A stretch of DNA of 59,897 nt, the filler included, from Dugesia japonica (Eukaryota): assembly GCA_001938525.1 (NCBI GenBank). It is 4 parts of 4 records of this genome, joined end to end, with 100 filler letters (N's around TTAATTAATTAA, not from the genome) between each part and the next. Parts side by side here need not be neighbours in the genome. Positions count along the whole stretch, not along the records: positions 45,083 to 59,897 come from MQRL01624537.1; 3 more parts are not named here. The stretch is one strand, 5' to 3'. Of this stretch, positions 50,991-59,897 are shown in pieces (the first letter of the stretch is position 1; each line of letters starts with the position of its first letter). The notes under the pieces were generated by a model. That model was given only the letters and a program-made list of their open reading frames with translations. It was not told the DNA's origin and ran no database searches. The position numbers were made by a program, and so were the translations under genes.

Positions 50991-53081
50991 TATCTAGCGT
51001 ATTTAATGTTTTAATAAACTTCAATTAAAAACTGTAGTTTTCATTTGGATTTTATTGAAGATACTAGGGGACTGGGCAAGCACACATTTAGTAAGCAGTA
51101 TTTTGGTTTAATTTTTCCATGTTTATTTAGTTGGGAGAACTTTTTAGGCTTTTTAAGCTGTATTATTTTTCAATCGTTTTGGTTGGGAATTTATTCGGTG
51201 AGGTCGAATGAGGTCAATTTTTGGTTGGTTCAGGTGAACTTGGTTGAATGTTTCCTCGGGAATGGATAGTTTTCGTAATTTTGTGTGATTTGGTTGAAAT
51301 TTTTGTTAAATAATTTGTAAAAATAATAAATTTCAAAGTTTAAAATCTAGTAGACATGAAATTGTATTTTGTCTTATTTCTACATTTTCCTAAAAATTGA
51401 TGTGAATTATTATTAAATAGCGGTCTATGTTATAAATATGATACATTCTGTAAAATTAATCACGTTGACCTTTTCATTCAGTTTTTCCTAATAATTACTG
51501 TTTATTATCAGTAATAATCGATTAATAAATTTAACCTAACAAATAGATGATTTTTATTGAAAGTAAAGTAATTATTTAATTAATTCATATTTATAACAAA
51601 TGCAGGTTATTTATTTACCGGTCATATTATTTACAAAAAATATGTATTTTATAATATATTCAAACAACTAAATCAGCATAAATTTGAAATGTTTTGTTAC
51701 TAAGTTATTTGAATATCAGTAAGTAACAATATGGTTACCTGTTTATTATTCAAATTATTGCAACAAATGGAATTTATTATTACTTATTTTGATCGTTACA
51801 GTATTCTAAAGTAATAAAATCATATTAAATATTTCAAAATTATTTGAACTTGATTATGCTCGTTGATCTTTAAAATTTGAGGAAAAATAATTTAAATTAA
51901 ATAAAACGATAAAATCAGTCTCTACTAAATCTATTTTAAACATCTTGAAAAGACTTTCATTCCATAAATTATGTTCGATTTACAAACGTTTATTCAAATT
52001 CACTGAAATTCGGAAATATTCTGTATTCTTCATTTAACTTCATCAAACCAATTTGACAATAAATGTCAAAACACCAATCGGAATTTAATATTATTACAAC
52101 AAAGATTTACAAATAAGAATAATTAAAATGTCTTTATTTAAATTGAAAGAATAAATAAAAAGGCGCGTTAATAAATTGTAAAAACATAAGAAAAATTTAC
52201 AATGTTAATAAAATAATTAAACCAAGTAAAATATATTATTGTTGATTATTATTCCAAATCCACTTTAAACAATTATAAAGAAATTTATGAATGTTTTTTA
52301 CCAAGCTTCATTATCAATTCCAAGTTAAAATTAAAATATTAAAATTAAAAAAATTAAAATAAAAATTCAAGAAACACAGCTATAATATAACATAATTTTT
52401 GACAGCAATTTTTAATTAAATTTATTATACACATCTGAAAATAAAAAATAAAATAAAGATATTGAAGTGGGTGAAAAAGACAAAAACTATATCTTTAGCA
52501 CTCAAAAAATTTCGGCAGACAGATAAAAAATGAAGAAAGGTTGACTGAAGCTATGGAAGTTAAAAAGATCAAAGAAAAAAAATTAAAATAAATAATTATG
52601 AACAAAGCAACCGTGTTTATTGCGGATAAATTGAACGTGGTACGTCAAGCATCTATGATAGATGCGAAATAGTGAATTCTTCTTCGTTAGGCAAAACTTC
52701 TGTATTATATTCGGATACTGTTTTTGGTTCAACAACAAAGCTATATGAGTAAAATACGAGCAACTCAGCTATCAATCACTTGCGTTTCAGCTTATCTCTC
52801 AAATTTTAAGCTGATATCTAGCTTTACATCTTTAAAATTTTCATTAAGTAATCTTGTGCCAGTATTGTAACAAACTAAGTTTATTAATTCGCTCGTCTTT
52901 CAATAGATGGATTAAGTTTAATAGCTAAATTGATTTGGTTTAAATTCCAGAGTAAGATATAAATAGTTTTACAATTGCAATTATTTCGAGAATAATTTTT
53001 GAACGTAACCATTGATCGTTTTTCAAAATTCATTAAAATAAAATCTTCGATCAAAATTGGTTTTTTTGGTTTTTAATAATA

Positions 53082-53114
53082 ATTCTATATTTCGACTTTG
53101 TCTTCGTCAGGAAT
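53082..53114 (-). ncRNA. Minimal type I hammerhead ribozyme with intact core
   Basis: ATTC-CTGACGA-A-GAC-AAA-GTC-GAAA-TA-TA-GAAT, about 120 nt downstream of a Penelope GIY-YIG end. Confidence 0.8.
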
Positions 53115-53236
53115 GGACTTTGTAATTAATTCAAGATTTCTTTTTAAAATAGTACAATTATTGCCAAGTTTTTTTTGAATCAATTTATTTTCATAAAGTT
53201 TTAATTGGTTGATTTTAATTTTTTTCTAAATTTAAT

Positions 53237-53600
53237 TAATTATTATGAATTACATTGATTTTAGGATAAGCTTCTTTAATTTGTGATTCTTCATGTTTAT
53301 TTTCTATGAAGTGTATAAATGTAGCCTATTCCTAGTGTTTTCCATGTTATATGATGTTATTCTGGTGAAATTCTATGTTTATGTTTAAANNGTTCACTTT
53401 CTTTCACTTCACTTTGTTTTTGTTTTAGATATTCCTTAATTCTTGTTCGGATGGTTCTGCATGTTTCACTTATATATGTTTCTTGACAAATGGTGCATGT
53501 TATTTTATAAGTGACATTTTTCTTATTGCATGTATTTTTACCATCACAAATGCATTTGGGACTACAAAAATATGTCTTGCTTTCTGTAAATGGATGCCCA
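53237..53600 (-). mobile_element. Penelope-like element 3' end: GIY-YIG endonuclease remnant
   Basis: CSPKCIC...CNKKNVTYKITCTICQETYISETCRTIRTRIKEY...H.H...EESQIKEAYPKIN. Confidence 0.88.
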
Positions 53601-54768
53601 AAGGAATAAATAGTTACAACAGCATTTAAAGTATAAAAATACGACAAACTATTGCTTCAAAAGCCAACTGTACTAGTTCTAGTGTTGATATCAGATATGT
53701 AATTAATTAAAGTTCAGCATCAATGATGATAAAGGAGATTTATTATGAATCAATGGTTTTTAAAGTAGTATTTTACTCCACAAAGCCACTGTTGCAACTA
53801 GTTAATAAGTCAAAAAACAAAAACCATTCTTTAAAAAATTCTGCATTTATAAAATTTTGAAGATTATTATTAGGAACAGACGAAATAATCTGACAACACT
53901 TCCTACTATTGAACCAATAAAAATTAAATAATCAAAATATATAAAGATTTGTAATAGTCGATGATACATTGTTATTCACGTTAACAGTCGATACCTACGC
54001 ACTAAAGAAACAAGAATCAATACTTCGTCCTATAAAAGTGTAATCAAGCAAATAAAAAGAGAATTATAATTGACGAGATTCATTTTATCAAAATATTTTA
54101 AAACATGTTTGAGTTTCAAGATTGATCATAATGGATTCTATAGGTACCTTTGCTTGCAGCGTTAACACATCTTGGACCGTACAAACTCTTATCTCTTGTA
54201 ACTTCTTTAGTCGCCCAGCGAAGGTCTTAAATTGTGTCTTCCAAAGACTTACCTGTTCTTGAAAATGAGCCGCGTTTTCGTGGAACTATTTACAGTGCTT
54301 CTTATATATCAATCAATCCGTTGACCTTAACTTATAAATTATTTTATGGTTTTGTTATGGAAAATATGAGTTTCAACATAGGAGAATAATGGACTTTTCA
54401 TAGAAAGAAATATGAACTTATCATAGAAAATACAAACTTTACCATTCAAAAATATGAGTTTATATAAATATTTATTAGAGTAAAGCTAGTCACTAATTAA
54501 ATTGTATTTATTTGATAAATAGTCAATTAATATGCTTAATTTGTCTACTTTTTGTCAATTTACAATTATATTTCTACCATTTTCCCTATCTTTAGTCCTT
54601 TTCCACCATTTACTCCTATTTCCCTGATTTAATATAGCTATATTTAGCTTTTCAAATACTTTCGAATACTTTCAAATAAAAAGTAAAAAACATATTACTA
54701 TTAATACAGTACTATTAAATGTTTATTTTTATAAATACTATTACATTATATTTTTTTTATTCTTTTCT

Positions 54769-55010
54769 TTAATAAAATGTTTTTAATGAAATAATAGCAT
54801 TTAATGCTTTGTTATCTATTCTAGAGCTTAATTTTGTAGCAAACAAACTAGCAGTAAAAAATGTACGCTCGATTTCAATCGACATTGGTTTAATTTTTAA
54901 GAAAGCTATAAATAGTAATTCTAGATTAGAAGTTCTCTTTCCTGTTGCCCCAAACAATTTGATTTCTTTTTGCGAATGGTTATGTTGTTGCATTGCTTTA
55001 AAAGTTTCTG
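54769..55010 (-). mobile_element. hAT transposase C-terminal dimerisation-domain remnant
   Basis: KEIKLFGATGKRTSNLELLF..FLKIKPMSIEIERTF...FATKL fits the PTSVExERxFS motif; it sits inside the 54330-56150 repeat. Confidence 0.8.
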
Positions 55011-56413
55011 TAGAGGTTTCATTTAATTTGTTACCAATTGGCTACCAACCGGGAAACTATTTTATNNNNNNNNNNNNNNNNNNNNNNNNNNNNNNNNNNN
55101 NNNNNNNCTGCTTTGAAGATTAATTTCTTGTATGCATTTGAGAATAATTTAATTTCAGATTTATATTTAGTCTTACGTTTCAATACAATTCCATGTTTTA
55201 TAGGTTATTGAATCAGATATATTTAAATAACCAATGCTATAAGTAGGATCCACTACATTAGAATTTATTGATATATATTCCCTATAACAACACATGGACA
55301 AGCAAAAAATGCCAATTCATTTATTTCTTATCTAAGTTTCACTTTATTTTTAGTATGTCTCTGCTTTAAGTTAGAGAAAAAAATATTTAAGGGTAAAAAA
55401 GGATAAGAACGAGAGAACGCTAATGCGAATGAGGACACGAAAGAATGAGATAGTATTATCTAATTTAATTGAAGTCAAATAATTTTATCTGATATTTACA
55501 TGACGTTGAAAAATATTTTATGAAATTTACATAAAGTATGTAAGTCAAATACACAATATGATGTATTACATACATAATATGAATCCATTACATATACAGT
55601 ATGAGTACCATACAAGTGCAAGATTAGTGCAATATAAATTCCACCCACATGGCATTCTAACATCATTTAAGGAAAGGAATATATGGAAAATAATGACTAT
55701 AATGCTGATAAATTTCATGATCCTTTAATTCATTCATATAATAACTTAGTTAAACACACTGATTTTAAATTTAATTATTCTCCATAATGAGTAGTGAGTA
55801 TTAATAATTCGATTTTATACACTTTTATAAAACGTTTATCAGTTTAAACCAATTCAAATACTTTTCGAATTAATTTACCTATCAATCACTTAGTTAATGG
55901 TTCAATTTATTCATCGCTTATACCTTATAGTCAACCCTATAATCTACACCGAATATAAACTTTTTAACCAATTAGCATATTTTAACCTTAATATAGAAAA
56001 TTCCTTTGAAAATAGATTTCTACTGTGTTTATTCACCTATTAGTCATATCAAATGATTAATATGGAACGACTACATTTATTTATTAATTAATATTATAAT
56101 CAATAATTTATTAATCTATCATTAACCTTTCACATCAAATAATTTATACATTTAAATATTTGATTTGACAAATTTCTACCGCATATATTTTCTAAAAAAT
56201 TTATAATTGTAAATTAAAACTTATTTAAAATACTTTGAAAATTTAAGCAAATAATTATCTATTATTGAAATTTTATTTACTTTGTACTTTTACAAACTTT
56301 TAAACTAATTTTTTGATTAATTTGTGATTTACAATTTATCAAATAAGAGATTTTTTAAAAATAATTAATTCCCAATCAAAGCATAAAAATTTCAACTCGC
56401 TTCAAAACCACTC

Positions 56414-56415
<2 letters not shown>

Positions 56416-56473
<58 letters not shown>
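56416..56473. repeat. (AAT)n microsatellite
   Basis: Seen directly. Confidence 0.98.
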
Positions 56474-56999
56474 NNNNNNNNNNNNNNNNNNNNNNNNNNN
56501 NNNNNNNNNNNNNNNNNNNNNNNNNNNNNNNNNNNNNNNNNNNNNNNNNNNNNNNNNNNNNNNNNNNNNNNNNNNNNNNNNNNNNNNNNNNNNNNNNNNN
56601 NNNNNNNNNNNNNNNNNNNNNNNNNNNNNNNNNNNNNNNNNNNNNNNNNNNNNNNNNNNNNNNNNNNNNNNAAATTTTATTAATTATAACAAATTTGAAA
56701 ATTTAAACAAAGAGGATGTTCTGCGTGGAACAAAACATCAAATGCTATTTAAAATATCATTTGTCTTTGTGAAAATATTTGATTGTTTTTTCAAATATTT
56801 CTTTGGAATAATTGTTTTGTGAATACTTTAACTCTCCATTAAAATTTATAATTGCATTATTGGAAAGAAGGTAGAGCACAATTTTTGTGAAAATTTTGAA
56901 CTGTAGCAGAGTGTGAGATGTTGGCACATTCTTTTATTAGTTTATTTACTATGTCTCTCCTTATACCAATATTTGTCCGAATTTTATTGTTTTCCTCAG

Positions 57000-57900
57000 G
57001 AATTGATCTGAGAGATCCAAATATGCATGTGAATAAACGAACATAATAATGAGGTCTTACTGCTTAAATTTTACTTTTTTAAATTTTCATATTTAACCGG
57101 ATTGCTTTCTTTAATCAATTGAAAGTTTACTTGTACATCTAAATGACATTTTATGTCTAATGAGTAGATTGTTTTCTTATCATCGTTAGTAATGCTTAAG
57201 TCGATACATTCTATAGAATTTTTGACAAAAAAAGTAAGTTTTGTCAAGTCCCGAAGATTTCAGACAATCAACTAATTTTTTAAGCATGCAATAGGTCTTT
57301 CAGTTGGCAAACTTAGAATAAATTTACAACTTTGAAGAACATGAAACATAGTTTCCTCTGCATCATGACAACAGCAACATAGATGACTGCTAAGTAATAA
57401 TAAATTGACGAGCAAATAAGGACAGGTTATTTAGACAAGCCCTGTGAATGAAGTTCCGTTGAAATTCATTGAGTTAGCCATTATAAATCAATTTGTTGAT
57501 AATAGGACAGAATTGAATAGTTGATATGAGTATATTGCTAAGATTGCTATTTGTTGTATATTGCTGATTATATATAATGCCGATAAAACTGAGTCTTTTT
57601 TGACTTTCAGTTGAGATTTGTTTGGCCATCATTAATCCATTGGAAGCATTCTTGTATAGTTGGATTTGACTTATTCATCTGATTACATGCTGGACAACAG
57701 AGTGAGTCGAACTTTATCTATCTAGTGTATGAGAATTTTGAAGTTTATAGTCTGAAATATTGAACTATGTTTTAAGTGTGACATTCATCAAGCATATCAG
57801 TACATGCTGCTTCACCATTTTCTGTAGAATTATAGAAGTAAATTGTTTCTGAATGATGAGGATATTCAATATTTGTCTGAGTTGCTCTCTTAAATTAGAA
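57000..57900 (-). mobile_element. Non-LTR (L1/Tx1-like) ORF2 C-terminal remnant
   Basis: NEFQRNFIHRACLNN...LCCCCHDAEETMFHVLQSC matches the zf-RVT C-x2-C...ET..H....C motif. Boundaries are approximate. Confidence 0.65.
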
Positions 57901-59897
57901 ATTTTATTATCCTTAGAATTTTTATTTCCTTGTGAATATACCTGAGCGCACTACATTTAATTTCACGCGTTCAAAAAAGGAAAAAATTATTCTTCGGTGT
58001 AAGAATACTTTGTAAGCTTTTAGTTTAGCCATCCATAAGGATTTACAATTATTTTGTATAACTAATTAATTTTGTTTTATTAATTGGTCTAGTGTGTTCA
58101 TATATGTAACCACAACTTTTCTAAGGAAGAAAGCACTTTACGACACTAATATTTGAAGATATGCATAGTTACCTTTTAATTATCTACCAAGTAGTGTAAA
58201 TTGCAAAGCTGCATTTTCCAAAATGGCGACTATTTTTATTTAAATCTTTAATAAATATTTACCTACGAATTTCATTAAATATTTAACCATACTATGCTGT
58301 TTGCCTTTACATTCCACTTCTAATGATACCAATTTAGTGTTACTCACACTGGAATGGGAGAAATTTAAATTTAAGATAATTAAACAATCGATCACATAAT
58401 TGAAATGAAATCTGTTCGAATTGTTAATGTTATAACGAAATCCGATGAAAAGTCTGTTGTAAACAAATGTAATATCGACCTACTCTAAATTGAATTTAAC
58501 TGTATTTAACTGTAAACGCAGCGTTTTTCTATACCAGCCCTTTAAGCAATATAGGCAATTTTTAATTGTTTATCCAATGGTATCAAAATAATTTAAATAT
58601 GTCATAAATAACATTATCAAGAACTACCAAAGGTTTCTTGCGGATCACAGATTGACGACCTCTGCTTTGAACAATCTTTGAATTGAATATTACCAAATTC
58701 TACGCTATGCGCCCATTTTTGCAGAAAAAATTTGAATCTTCTGCACGAATTTCCAGCCAACCAAAGTCAAAATCCAAAATTTTTTTCACTGAAATGGGTT
58801 GATGAATAAAAATGAAAGAGACGTAAAACAATCAGAATAGTAAAACATTGCTGTCGGGGATGTTTCATTCCCTTTTTCAGATAATAATCTTCCTTATTCT
58901 GTGATTTCTCTTTTTTTCTGGAATATCTGAGAAGTGCTGCAAAAAATAAATTAATTTTGGCAATATGATTAGAGTTTTAATTTATAGCATATTGTAATGG
59001 AGGAATAGCGATTAGCAAACCAAATACTTCTTAGTAGTTTTCTAAATATTATTAATATACTATTAAACCTGCTCTTTACAATGTTAAGTAAGAAGAAATA
59101 ACATATGGGATCATTGCTCAGCGATTTGATATCCAAACTATATAGTGTTTTGAACACCCCTGGTCAAAATTATATACATACATACATACATACATGCATA
59201 CAAATATTTATATATATTCATGAAATATGGGAAATTCTCAAAACAAGTTCAAACTCACAAATAGAATAAATTCTTTAAAATGCAAGCATTTAAACAAATT
59301 TTCAGAATTAAATTATAATATTCAATTTACTGGGACAGAAATTAGTTTAAATATTACATATATATTTAAAAAATATAAAATTAACCACTTTCGAAAAATA
59401 AAACTTTATATAAAAAAATTCATTTTACAAAATGTATGTTTTGAAAAATTTAAGCGTTTTTTATGTTATTTTTCAATTGAATCTTTTATTTAATGGTAAC
59501 AAAATTGTAACAATTAATTGTGTTTTATCATTGATAATTTTTTTTAGTACATTCCATCGATGAAGGTCAACTGGTGATATTGAGTGACCGAGTTCGATTG
59601 GAAACATCAGTAAAACTTTGCCAATTGTATAAAATGAAGCTCATTCGCATTGATGATGAATATACAAATGTGAGTTTGATTTCATTTTGTGTATTTAATT
59701 CATTATTTATTAATTAATTTTATCAAAATTTATTTTCTTTTAAGTTTCGAAAGAAGACTTATTATTCCTAATATTTAAAAAAAACTAAAATATTAATTAG
59801 ATTTAAATATTCATAAATACCACAATTTTCGAAACAAGATTTAAGAATCAAACGTAAAATAGCAATCACGAAAGATAGACTTTCAATTATAATTATT

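Noticed and set aside
59552-59604. Hammerhead-like fold TTCCA-TCGATGA-A-GGTCA...TGACC-GAGT...TGGAA
   Set aside because: Both catalytic boxes deviate from consensus and no supporting copy was seen.
1-59897. Protein-primed PolB, tRNA or rRNA genes
   Set aside because: No supporting motifs were seen by eye.

Overview
Very AT-rich, gap-ridden eukaryotic DNA, probably invertebrate. The ~50-nt introns and long (AAT)n runs would suit a planarian-like genome, but the taxon cannot be established. The window is not one locus: three artificial 100-bp linkers (44 N + TTAATTAATTAA + 44 N) join four scaffolds (1-9217, 9318-31263, 31364-44982, 45083-59897). The main feature is a decayed endogenous Polinton/Maverick (adintovirus-like) virus on the minus strand of scaffold 3. 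Its gene order is packaging ATPase, a small conserved ORF, RVE integrase with chromodomain, minor capsid, a glycine-motif/basic virion protein, major capsid, and a possible protease trace. A pogo/Tc2-like transposon splits the minor capsid gene and a Ty3/Gypsy element splits the major capsid gene; both junctions can be reconstructed. Further fragments of the same family lie at 1-~2100 and ~29370-29992. Two copies carry an unannotated tail-anchored membrane protein with a 22-aa repeat. Three repeat-rich tracts end in ACTACT, the expected Polinton terminus. Penelope-like relics include one intact and two degenerate minimal hammerhead ribozymes. Other relics are mariner, piggyBac, hAT, a second Gypsy and an L1/Tx1-like element. 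Host genes are the 5' end of an ABCB1/MDR transporter, a secreted protein with an unnamed domain, and a single-pass membrane protein. All homology calls come from manual motif reading; no searches were run.
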